IMG/VR virus record: IMGVR_UViG_3300021963_006528
DNA: 57,167 bases
Direction: 5' to 3' (one strand)
From: an uncultured virus (IMG/VR IMGVR_UViG_3300021963_006528)
Taxonomy: Duplodnaviria > Heunggongvirae > Uroviricota > Caudoviricetes
Positions 28,961 through 37,511 of this stretch are shown here, in pieces. A program made the translations under genes and the position numbers. The notes beneath the pieces are model-generated. The model saw only the letters and a list, made by a program, of their open reading frames with translations. It was not told the DNA's origin and did no database searches. Every line of letters starts with the position of its first letter. Positions within the stretch are counted from its first letter, which is position 1.

Positions 28961-29500
28961 ATGACAGCACTTACAAGAACCCCATCTAATCCTAATTTTC
29001 TACATCCAAATAAGTTTATTTTAAACTTTGGACGGGTGCCTAATGTGCAATACTTTTGTCAATCAGTAAGTGTACCTGGAATATCTACTAGTGAAATACC
29101 TAGAAATAATCCATTTGTAGACCTTTATTCACCTGGTGAAAAATTGATCTATGACATAATGAATGTTACTTTTTATATTGATGAAGAACTTAAAGCATGG
29201 TTAGAAATACACGATTGGCTTCGTGCTATGACATTTCCTACCGATTTTGCTGAGTATGAAAATTTAGCCAACTTAAACAATTTTACTCGGTATAAACAAA
29301 CAAATACTCCACAATTTTCAGATGGTACATTAACACTATTATCATCTTCAAATAAACCATATTATAATTTTAAATTTGTAGATTTATTTCCCGTAAGTCT
29401 ATCTTCTTTTGTGGTATCTACTGGTGATAGTCCAGAAACCATTTTAACTGCCGATGCATCGTTTAGATTTGCCTATTATAATGTTGACAAGTTATTTTAA
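28961..29500 (+). CDS. 3: Tail tube terminator/completion protein gp3
   Basis: NFLHPNKF, YFCQSVSVPG, DLFPVSLS; position after gene 23. Confidence 0.8.
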   Translation: MTALTRTPSNPNFLHPNKFILNFGRVPNVQYFCQSVSVPGISTSEIPRNNPFVDLYSPGEKLIYDIMNVTFYIDEELKAWLEIHDWLRAMTFPTDFAEYENLANLNNFTRYKQTNTPQFSDGTLTLLSSSNKPYYNFKFVDLFPVSLSSFVVSTGDSPETILTADASFRFAYYNVDKLF

Positions 29501-29512
29501 TTAGTGTATAAT
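29484..29512 (+). promoter_or_regulatory. Consensus sigma70 promoter for uvsY-uvsW
   Basis: TTGACA (29484-29489), 17 bp, TATAAT (29507-29512). Confidence 0.85.
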
Positions 29513-29532
29513 CTCCTGTAAGGAGATTTTTT

Positions 29533-29967
29533 ATGGAAAAACTTGATGAATTGTTGAGTATGTGGACTAAAGATGCGGACATAGATCGCACCGAACCAGG
29601 TAAAGCTTTACTGGAAATTCCAAAACTTCATAGTAAATATTTAAACATTCTTTCTAAGCATCGTTTGCTTGTTAAAGAAGCCGAGTTTAAATATAACAAA
29701 ATGAAAAAGTTAAAGTGGGAATATTACACAGGCAAGTTAGATGATGATGAATTGAAGAAACGTGGATGGGAACCTTTTCCATATGTTATCAAAGCCGAGT
29801 TGTCTACATATATGGAAGCAGATGAAGATATTAATCGTTTGTTGGCAACAAAACTTATTAATGAAGAAATGGTTGATGTATGTACCAGCATATTGAAAGA
29901 GTTAAACAATCGTGCTTGGGAATTAAAATCATTTATTGACTGGGAAAAATTTATTCAAGGTGTCTAA
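29533..29967 (+). CDS. uvsY: Recombination mediator UvsY
   Basis: IPKLHSKYL, EYYTGK, IDWEKF; synteny. Confidence 0.88.
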   Translation: MEKLDELLSMWTKDADIDRTEPGKALLEIPKLHSKYLNILSKHRLLVKEAEFKYNKMKKLKWEYYTGKLDDDELKKRGWEPFPYVIKAELSTYMEADEDINRLLATKLINEEMVDVCTSILKELNNRAWELKSFIDWEKFIQGV

Positions 29968-31432
29968 TCTACTAATACATGAACTAGATGAAGTATATGT
30001 TAAATTTGAATGTGAAAAAAGTTTAGCACAAGAACTTTCAGATTACTTTACTTTCTATGTTCCGGGCCATCAATTCTCTCCGGCTTTTAAATCTAAATTT
30101 TGGGACGGCAAAATACGCTTAGCGGATTTGCGTACCTTTACAATTTACCGTGGTTTAGTTCCTTATATTAAAAAATTCTGTAAAGAGAGAAACTATTCTG
30201 TAACTGTTGATGATAAAGTTTCTGTAACGGAAAACTTTTCATTGATTGAAGCTGTAGAGTTTATTAAAACATTAAACTTACCAGAATCAATTGAGGTGCG
30301 TGATTATCAATTACAATCCTTTGTGCATGCGGTAAGAAATAAACGCATAATGATTTTATCACCTACAGGTTCAGGTAAATCACTCATACTCTATATTATA
30401 CTCCGTTATCTACAAGAAGCTGACTTCAAAAAAGGTTTATTAATTGTTCCAACCACTTCTTTGGTGGAACAAATGTATTCAGATTTTGTATCATATGGTT
30501 ATGATGCTGAATCAAATGTGCATCGACAATATGCAGGTAAAGAAAAATCAACAGACAAATTATTGACCATAGTAACATGGCAATCAATCTATAAATATCC
30601 AAAAGAATACTTTGAACAATTTGATTTTGTTTTGGGTGATGAATCTCACCTGTATAAAGCCAAATCACTTACCACAATTATGACAGGTCTAACCAATGCC
30701 TCATATAGAATAGGTTGTACAGGTACATTAGATGGAACACAGACACACAAATTGGTGCTTGAGGGTTTATTTGGACCAGTATATCAAGCGACAACAACTA
30801 AACAGTTAATTGATAACAAACAATTAGCAGATTTTAAAATTAAATGTTTAATACTTAAATACCCTGAACACATTTGTAAAATGTCTAGACAATGGGATTA
30901 CAATACTGAAAAAGAATATATTGTATTAAACAAAGCAAGAAACGATTTTATTAAAAATTTAACACTCTCTTTAGAGGGTAATACTTTAATATTATTTCAA
31001 TTAGTGGAAAAACATGGAAAAGATTTATATAATAGTATCAAAGATGTTGCAGGTAAAAGGCATGTATTTTTTGTATATGGTGGCACCGATGTTGAAATTA
31101 GGGAATCTATACGATCAATTACAGAAAAACAAAACGATGCAATTATTGTTGCTAGTTACGGCACTTTCAGTACTGGTGTTAACATCCGTAATTTGCATAA
31201 TATCATTTTTGCATCTCCCTCTAAGTCAAGAGTCCGTAACCTTCAATCGATAGGTAGAGGATTAAGAATAGGTGATAACAAAACTGAAGCTACATTGTTC
31301 GATATTGCAGATGACTTTAGAATAGGCAAACATGCTAATTATACCTTGAAACATTTCATAGAACGTGTTAAAATATACGATGATGAAAAATTTAACTACA
31401 AGTTTTATAACATAGAGCTAAAAAATGCATGA
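29960..31432 (+). CDS. uvsW: SF2 helicase UvsW
   Basis: SPTGSGKS, DESH, LQSIGRGLR; GTG 29960 is the likely start (ORF track 29936). Confidence 0.92.
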   Translation: MSNLLIHELDEVYVKFECEKSLAQELSDYFTFYVPGHQFSPAFKSKFWDGKIRLADLRTFTIYRGLVPYIKKFCKERNYSVTVDDKVSVTENFSLIEAVEFIKTLNLPESIEVRDYQLQSFVHAVRNKRIMILSPTGSGKSLILYIILRYLQEADFKKGLLIVPTTSLVEQMYSDFVSYGYDAESNVHRQYAGKEKSTDKLLTIVTWQSIYKYPKEYFEQFDFVLGDESHLYKAKSLTTIMTGLTNASYRIGCTGTLDGTQTHKLVLEGLFGPVYQATTTKQLIDNKQLADFKIKCLILKYPEHICKMSRQWDYNTEKEYIVLNKARNDFIKNLTLSLEGNTLILFQLVEKHGKDLYNSIKDVAGKRHVFFVYGGTDVEIRESIRSITEKQNDAIIVASYGTFSTGVNIRNLHNIIFASPSKSRVRNLQSIGRGLRIGDNKTEATLFDIADDFRIGKHANYTLKHFIERVKIYDDEKFNYKFYNIELKNA

Positions 31433-31856
31433 AATTAAACTAATAAGATTACAAAGTGGTGAAGATATTATATGCACATGTCATGAAGATTTGGAAACAA
31501 AAATGGTAATGTTAAAAGATCCTATGACTGTAATATATAAAAGAATTAAAAACGGATCCATTTTACTTATTTCACCTTGGCTTCCAGCTGAATTGATTGA
31601 AGATAATACGGCAACAATTTATACCTCTGATATTTTAACTACTGTTAAACCTAAGTTAATGGTTAAAAACTATTATTCTAAATTGGTAGATAGTTTAGAG
31701 AAATTTAAAAAAGAAGAAGAAGAAACACTAAGACAATTTTTAGAAGATGATTCTGAAGGTGATGTATACGATGATGAACTACTAGATAATGAAGAAGATG
31801 AAATTAAAGAAATACTTGAATTACATGGAACTAAAAAGAATAATAAACTACATTAA
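31425..31856 (+). CDS. Conserved T4-like hypothetical protein (Sm-like N-terminus, acidic tail)
   Basis: IKLIRLQSGEDII motif; position between uvsW and 55. Confidence 0.6.
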   Translation: MHEIKLIRLQSGEDIICTCHEDLETKMVMLKDPMTVIYKRIKNGSILLISPWLPAELIEDNTATIYTSDILTTVKPKLMVKNYYSKLVDSLEKFKKEEEETLRQFLEDDSEGDVYDDELLDNEEDEIKEILELHGTKKNNKLH

Positions 31857-31922
31857 TTTTCAAACGGAACACCGAGATAATAACAGTTGTCAAGCCCTAA
31901 GTCAAGCAAAAAGAAGGTAAAT

Positions 31923-32483
31923 ATGAGTGATAAAAAAACAAAACATTATGTAAATAACGCAGATTTTCTACAGGCTTTAATAGCTTACAGAGAAAATTGT
32001 GAAAAGGCAAAGAAAGAAAATAAACCTGAACCATCCATACCAAATTATATTGGTGAATGTTTCTTGAAGATTGCTGACCATCTGTCACGCAAACCTAATT
32101 TTATATCATATTCTTTCCGAGATGAAATGATTTCAGACGGCATTGAAAACTGTCTGATGTATTTCCGCAATTTTGATCCTGATAAATCCAAAAATCCTTT
32201 TGCATACTTTACACAGATTATTTACTATGCATTTCTTCGCCGTATTATGAAAGAAAAGAAACAATTGTATGTAAAGTATAAAGCTACCGAACAATTTGGT
32301 TTGTTAGATGAAGGTGAAATGTATGAAGATGAAAATGGTAATGTTCGACAATTTGAATTGTATGATAACATTTCTGAGTTCATTCATACTTTTGAAGAAA
32401 ACAAAAAGAAAAAGAAATCTAAAGGTAAAGAAGATCCAGAATCTATTTTAGAAGAACTTGGAATAGAAAAACAATTACCTTAA
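31923..32483 (+). CDS. 55: Late transcription sigma factor gp55
   Basis: HYVNNADFL, YIGECFLKIA, NPFAYFTQI; ATG 31923 follows AAGG. Confidence 0.93.
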   Translation: MSDKKTKHYVNNADFLQALIAYRENCEKAKKENKPEPSIPNYIGECFLKIADHLSRKPNFISYSFRDEMISDGIENCLMYFRNFDPDKSKNPFAYFTQIIYYAFLRRIMKEKKQLYVKYKATEQFGLLDEGEMYEDENGNVRQFELYDNISEFIHTFEENKKKKKSKGKEDPESILEELGIEKQLP

Positions 32484-32488
32484 ATTGC

Positions 32489-32517
32489 TTGACATTGGTT
32501 GTTGTATAATGTATAGT
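32489..32517 (+). promoter_or_regulatory. sigma70 promoter for genes 47-46
   Basis: TTGACA (32489-32494), 17 bp, TATAGT (32512-32517). Confidence 0.75.
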
Positions 32518-32544
32518 GTGATTATATTAATAGGATTATAGTAA

Positions 32545-33615
32545 ATGAAATTATGTATTTTGGGTGATACGCACTTTGGCATGAGAGGAGATTCGTTAGA
32601 GTTCCATAACTATTATAGGAAATTCTACGAGAATATTTTCTTCCCGTATCTAAAAGAAAACAACATTACCTTTATTTTTCAACTCGGTGATCTATTTGAT
32701 CGCCGAAAATTTATTAACTTTAATTCACTATATCTATGCCGTAAATACTTTTTTGACAAGTGCAAAGAAGAAGGCATTACACTACACACACTTTTAGGAA
32801 ACCACGATGTTTCATACAAGAATACTCTAGAGGTTAATTCATCAACTCTTTTATTAAATGACTATGATAATGTAACTGTATGGGACAAAGTTGCCACTTT
32901 ACCTTTTGATGGCATACCAATTGATATTGTGCCTTGGATTTGTGATGACAATGAAAAAGAAGTTTTAAATTTTATTGAGAATAGTAAATCACAGATTTGT
33001 TTTGGGCACTTTGAGATTGATGGGTTTGAAATGGATCGTGGTAATATTGCTCATGGTGGTATTGACAGGAAACTATTTTCACGATATGATCTTGTTCTAA
33101 CTGGACATTTTCACCACAAATCTACCGATGGTAACATCACTTATGTCGGAACACCAGGCGAAATTACTTGGGCTGACTATAATGATCCTAGAGGATTTCA
33201 TATCTTCGACACTAACACTCGTGATTTAAAGTTCGTTCAAAATACTTATAAGATGTTTCACAAAATTAATTATGATGATGGTGAAACTGATTTTGAACAT
33301 TGGAAAGCAGTTGACTATGACCAATACAAAGACTGTATGGTTAAAGTTGTAGTACTAAACAAACAAAATCCTTTTCTGTTTGACTATGTAATTGATAACT
33401 TATACAAATCTGGTATAAGTGATATTGGTATTGTAGAAGATTTTAGTGATACCAATTCAATTGAAGATCAAGATATTGTTGATCAAGCGGAAGATACTAT
33501 GACAATTTTGTCCAAATATATTGATGGCCTTGAACTGAATGTAGAATCAAATAAACTTAAATCAATTATGAAAGAAGTTTACATTGAGGCATTAAATACT
33601 GAAACTACAGAATGA
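32545..33615 (+). CDS. 47: Recombination endonuclease subunit gp47 (Mre11/SbcD-like)
   Basis: GDTHFG, GDLFD, GNHD, GHFH. Confidence 0.93.
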   Translation: MKLCILGDTHFGMRGDSLEFHNYYRKFYENIFFPYLKENNITFIFQLGDLFDRRKFINFNSLYLCRKYFFDKCKEEGITLHTLLGNHDVSYKNTLEVNSSTLLLNDYDNVTVWDKVATLPFDGIPIDIVPWICDDNEKEVLNFIENSKSQICFGHFEIDGFEMDRGNIAHGGIDRKLFSRYDLVLTGHFHHKSTDGNITYVGTPGEITWADYNDPRGFHIFDTNTRDLKFVQNTYKMFHKINYDDGETDFEHWKAVDYDQYKDCMVKVVVLNKQNPFLFDYVIDNLYKSGISDIGIVEDFSDTNSIEDQDIVDQAEDTMTILSKYIDGLELNVESNKLKSIMKEVYIEALNTETTE

Positions 33616-35324
33616 TTTTATTTCGTACACTTAGATGGAAAAATCTGTTAAGTACTGGCAACCACTTTACAGAATTAAAATTAAACAATAACACAAACAC
33701 ACTTGTAGTTGGTGCAAACGGATCAGGCAAATCAACCATGCTTGATGCATTATGCTTTGCACTATTTGGTAAAGCATTTAGAAATATTAATAAACCAAAC
33801 CTAGTAAACTCTATTAATAATAAAGATTGCGTGGTTGAGGTTGAGTTTGACACTAACAATAAATCATATAAGATTGTTCGTGGTATTAAACCTAATATTT
33901 TTGAAATCTATTGTAATGGTGAACTGGTAGATCAAGCCGCAGCCTCAAGAGATTACCAAGAGTATCTTGAAAGGTTTATTATCAAATTAAACTATAAATC
34001 TTTTACTCAGATTGTAATTTTAGGTAGTGCATCGTTCACACCATTCATGCAACTCTCATCGACTGATCGCCGAGCAATCATTGAAGATTTATTGGACATA
34101 CAAATCTTTTCAACTATGAATGGTATAGTTAAAGATAAATTGGCCAACATTAAAGATTTAACTACAAATAAAAAACATGAGATTGATTTAGAACAACAGA
34201 AATACGATTTACAGAAAAAACATATTGATGATCTAAAACAAAATAATGATGAGAAGGTAAACGAATATGAAGGTGAGATTAGTAGTAATGCGAACACCAT
34301 ATCCACGTTGGCAGACCAGATTGAAGTGTTCTCTAACGAAGTTCAACAACTACAAATACTCGTCAATGAGAAGGTTGAAACAGAGGCTAAGGTCAAGAAG
34401 ATTACAAAACTTGAATCGCAAATTGAAAGCAACTTATCCAAATTTCGCAAGGATATTGGTTTCTTTCAACACAATAACGATTGTCCAACATGTAGGCAAG
34501 CCATTGCCATGGACTTTAAAGAGAAAGAGCTTGCCTCACTTAACACTAAGGCCGAGGAATGTGGGCATGGTCTCCAAGAGTTAGAAAAGAAGTTGGTAGA
34601 AGAACAAACCAAACTAAGTTCAATTAATGAAACACAAAAGAAAATTCAAGAATTGCAAATTAAAATTGCTACCAACAATACTTCTATCACCGAAACAAAC
34701 AAATACATTAAAAGATTAGAAAAATTATTGATTGAATTAAAAAACAAGAGTTCAACTACCGAAAAAGAAGATGAAGAATTAAGTAACATAAACGTTACAT
34801 TAACTGACTTAAAGAAACATTTATGTGACCTTATAGAAGAAAAAACCTACTATGAAGCGGCATTTAATTTATTAAAAGATACAGGCATTAAAACAAAGAT
34901 TGTAAAACAATATCTTCCTATTATTAATAAATTGGTAAACAAGTATTTGGCTTCTCTAGACTTTTTTGTAAACTTTAACCTAGATGAATCATTTAAAGAA
35001 ACAATTAAATCTCGGCATCGTGATGAGTTTACATATAATAATTTTTCAGAAGGTGAGAAACAGCGAATTGATATGGCATTGATGTTAACTTGGCGAGCCG
35101 TTGCTAAGTTAAAAAACTCATCTAACACCAATTTATTAATACTTGATGAGGTGTTTGATTCTAGTTTAGATACCAATGGTACAGAAGAACTTATGAAGAT
35201 TCTCCATATGTTAGAAGATGTAAACCTGTATGTCATTTCACATAAAGGTGATATACTACAGGATAAATTCAGTAATATTATTCGATTTGAAAAGATAAAG
35301 AATTTCTCTAAGGTGATAAAATGA
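33612..35324 (+). CDS. 46: Recombination ATPase gp46 (Rad50/SbcC-like)
   Basis: GANGSGKS, CPTC zinc hook, FSEGEK, LILDE. Confidence 0.95.
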   Translation: MILFRTLRWKNLLSTGNHFTELKLNNNTNTLVVGANGSGKSTMLDALCFALFGKAFRNINKPNLVNSINNKDCVVEVEFDTNNKSYKIVRGIKPNIFEIYCNGELVDQAAASRDYQEYLERFIIKLNYKSFTQIVILGSASFTPFMQLSSTDRRAIIEDLLDIQIFSTMNGIVKDKLANIKDLTTNKKHEIDLEQQKYDLQKKHIDDLKQNNDEKVNEYEGEISSNANTISTLADQIEVFSNEVQQLQILVNEKVETEAKVKKITKLESQIESNLSKFRKDIGFFQHNNDCPTCRQAIAMDFKEKELASLNTKAEECGHGLQELEKKLVEEQTKLSSINETQKKIQELQIKIATNNTSITETNKYIKRLEKLLIELKNKSSTTEKEDEELSNINVTLTDLKKHLCDLIEEKTYYEAAFNLLKDTGIKTKIVKQYLPIINKLVNKYLASLDFFVNFNLDESFKETIKSRHRDEFTYNNFSEGEKQRIDMALMLTWRAVAKLKNSSNTNLLILDEVFDSSLDTNGTEELMKILHMLEDVNLYVISHKGDILQDKFSNIIRFEKIKNFSKVIK

Positions 35325-35908
35325 GTGATGAACTTTTAGTTATAGACACAAGTAAAGCGGTTACGCAAAATGAAATTGTAGAGCCTTTGCCATTATATGG
35401 TGAAGGATTTGAAATGTTATACAAAAGTATACCAGAATATACTGATGTGTTGCCAAACCCATTGATGAATAAGTTGGTACAAAGACTTAAACTTACCATG
35501 AAACTTTATAACGGCATTGGATTATCTGCCAATCAATGCGGTGTTTACCAAAGAGTGTTTGTAATTGGCCATGGAGATTACCAATTGGTTTGTATCAACC
35601 CAAAAATCACCCATGTGTCGGAACAAATAGAAAAAGGTAATGAAGGTTGCCTCTCTTATCCAGCTTTATTTGTTAAAATAGAACGACCATTAGCAATTAA
35701 TGTAGAATTTACTACCGAAACTGGCGAGAATAAACAATTGAAATTAGAAGGTTTAACTGCTCGATGCTTTATGCATGAGTTAGAACATATGAATGGTCAG
35801 TCTTTTATTCAACATGTAAAACCAGTTGCTTTAAGTGTTGCAAGAGATAAACAAAAGAAACGAATTAAGAAAGTTACCAGAGCGCAAAAGAATGGCATAC
35901 GCATTTGA
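35321..35908 (+). CDS. def: Peptide deformylase
   Basis: GIGLSANQCG, EGCLS, HELEH motifs. Confidence 0.9.
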   Translation: MSDELLVIDTSKAVTQNEIVEPLPLYGEGFEMLYKSIPEYTDVLPNPLMNKLVQRLKLTMKLYNGIGLSANQCGVYQRVFVIGHGDYQLVCINPKITHVSEQIEKGNEGCLSYPALFVKIERPLAINVEFTTETGENKQLKLEGLTARCFMHELEHMNGQSFIQHVKPVALSVARDKQKKRIKKVTRAQKNGIRI

Positions 35909-37235
35909 TCCTAAAGATGATGTAGAAGTACAATGGCAGAAATGGCAGGAAGCAAATCCTGAAGATTCATTTACCAATGTAGATGAGGGACAACTGCGTG
36001 AAACGGTTATTAAAGATTTAACCTATGTTTCGCAAATGGATGTTAAAGAATACACTCTTTATCAAAAGTGGTGTGAGATTCAACAAAAGTATCCCACTAA
36101 AAGAATCAGAACAGTTTTTGGTGATGAAGAAGTGTTTCTTGTTGATCCAACTCAGCAAGAGATTGTTAATGAGATTAAACATAACATTTGGGTACCAGAA
36201 AATCCAGACTCCTATCTTGATCTTGAACCTGTTTTAGAATATACGGATGATTCTGGCACAACCACCAAAATTGGTGTTGATGGTACTGAGATAAGTGTTG
36301 ATAGAAAACGAAATAAAGAATTACCTGAAAAATGGAATACTATCAGAAACTTTATTTCAACAATGAAAAACAATAGTAATATTGGTCGCAATCTAAATTT
36401 CATTGTTAAAGATAATAAAACTGGTAAGTATCTTGGTGTAGTTTGTATCTCATCAGACTTTCTTGATTTAACACCTCGTGATGAGAAGATTGGTTGGGCT
36501 CGTGAATTAAAAACGCAAGGCAGTATGATCAATCACACAGCAATCGGCTCTACTATTGTTCCATTTCAACCACTAGGTTATAATTATGTTGGCGGTAAAT
36601 TACTTGCTTTGCTCTGCTTGTCAGATGAAGTACAAAATTTATGGAAGAAACAATATGGTGATGTACTTGTTGGTGTAACAACAACATCATTATATGGCAA
36701 AACTAAAGCTGGTGGCCTTTCACAGTATGATAATTTAGATCATTGGCAACCAATGGGATTCACCTCAGGTTCTGTATCATTTGAACCTGAAAGAGATACT
36801 CGTTATTTGATTAGAGAATGGTTAAAGAAGAACCATACAAGGAAATATTTTGAATGGTATATTGCAAAGAAACCATCAGGTCAACCACACAAGCGTGACC
36901 ATAAAAATCGATCATTGTCATTTACCTATTCTAAAATGAATGTACCTAAAGAATTGATTAGAACTGAACATGCTAGAGGCATATATTTTAGTCCTCTATA
37001 TGATAATTCTTATGAATTTCTGCGTGGTGAAATCAAAGAGAATCAATTGGTAAAATCATTCGATACTTCTTATGAAGCCTTAGTTAAGATTTGGAAAGAA
37101 AAGCATGCCAAAGGTCGAATTGGATTCCTAAAGAAAAAAGATAAAGTTTCACATGAAACCCTTTTCTACGATGATTTGATTTACCTGTCATGGGAAGAAA
37201 CTAAGGCAAAATACCTACCTCAAGTAGGTCGGTAA
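35892..37235 (+). CDS. DUF4338/DruA-like protein, paralog 1 (possible GNAT-like fold)
   Basis: GRNLNFIV...PRD..IGW, IVPFQPLGYNYVGGKLLA, TTTSLYG, SQYD; ATG 35892 is the likely start (ORF track 35835). Confidence 0.6.
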   Translation: MAYAFDPKDDVEVQWQKWQEANPEDSFTNVDEGQLRETVIKDLTYVSQMDVKEYTLYQKWCEIQQKYPTKRIRTVFGDEEVFLVDPTQQEIVNEIKHNIWVPENPDSYLDLEPVLEYTDDSGTTTKIGVDGTEISVDRKRNKELPEKWNTIRNFISTMKNNSNIGRNLNFIVKDNKTGKYLGVVCISSDFLDLTPRDEKIGWARELKTQGSMINHTAIGSTIVPFQPLGYNYVGGKLLALLCLSDEVQNLWKKQYGDVLVGVTTTSLYGKTKAGGLSQYDNLDHWQPMGFTSGSVSFEPERDTRYLIREWLKKNHTRKYFEWYIAKKPSGQPHKRDHKNRSLSFTYSKMNVPKELIRTEHARGIYFSPLYDNSYEFLRGEIKENQLVKSFDTSYEALVKIWKEKHAKGRIGFLKKKDKVSHETLFYDDLIYLSWEETKAKYLPQVGR

Positions 37236-37250
37236 TAATAAAAAAAAGTG

Positions 37251-37279
37251 TTGACAAAGTAACACAAGTGTAGTATAGT
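37251..37279 (+). promoter_or_regulatory. sigma70 promoter for the tRNA-like RNA
   Basis: A-tract, TTGACA (37251-37256), 17 bp, TATAGT (37274-37279); predicted start a few nt before 37289. Confidence 0.8.
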
Positions 37280-37288
37280 ATTAAATAT

Positions 37289-37355
37289 GCGGTGTGTAAT
37301 AGTACGGATTAAGACACCCTCTTAATCTAGGTGAGCAAAGCACCCCACCGCTCCA
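37289..37355 (+). tRNA. Non-canonical tRNA-Gly-like RNA (67 nt, anticodon ACC, encoded CCA)
   Basis: Acceptor GCGGTG/CACCGC + T + CCA; mini arm GTA-ATAG-TAC; long stem GGATTAAG/CTTAATCT with 7-nt loop ACACCCT; arm GGTG-AGCAAAG-CACC. Confidence 0.7.
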
Positions 37356-37428
37356 AACTTGCCTATAAAATTTTATTATTAAAATATCTTATAGCCGATC
37401 CTATATATATCCAACAACGCTTCCAGAC

Positions 37429-37481
37429 TGTTGTTTTTAAGCAACATAAGCCTTGACAATTGACTATTATTGTAGTATAAT
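37429..37481 (+). promoter_or_regulatory. sigma70 promoter with upstream inverted repeat
   Basis: TGTTG-N8-CAACA (37429-37446), 6 bp, TTGACA (37453-37458), 17 bp, TATAAT (37476-37481). Confidence 0.85.
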
Positions 37482-37511
37482 GGTTAGATAAAGTAAAAAA
37501 GGTATATAATT

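Noticed and set aside
37289..37355. Canonical translational tRNA-Gly, or merely a terminator for the upstream gene
   Set aside because: Lacks the conserved D-loop GG, U33 and TTC loop, so not canonical; has a promoter, closed acceptor stem and CCA but no U-tract, so not a simple terminator
37429..37446. LexA SOS box
   Set aside because: Does not fit CTGT-N8-ACAG; the repeat is TGTTG-N8-CAACA
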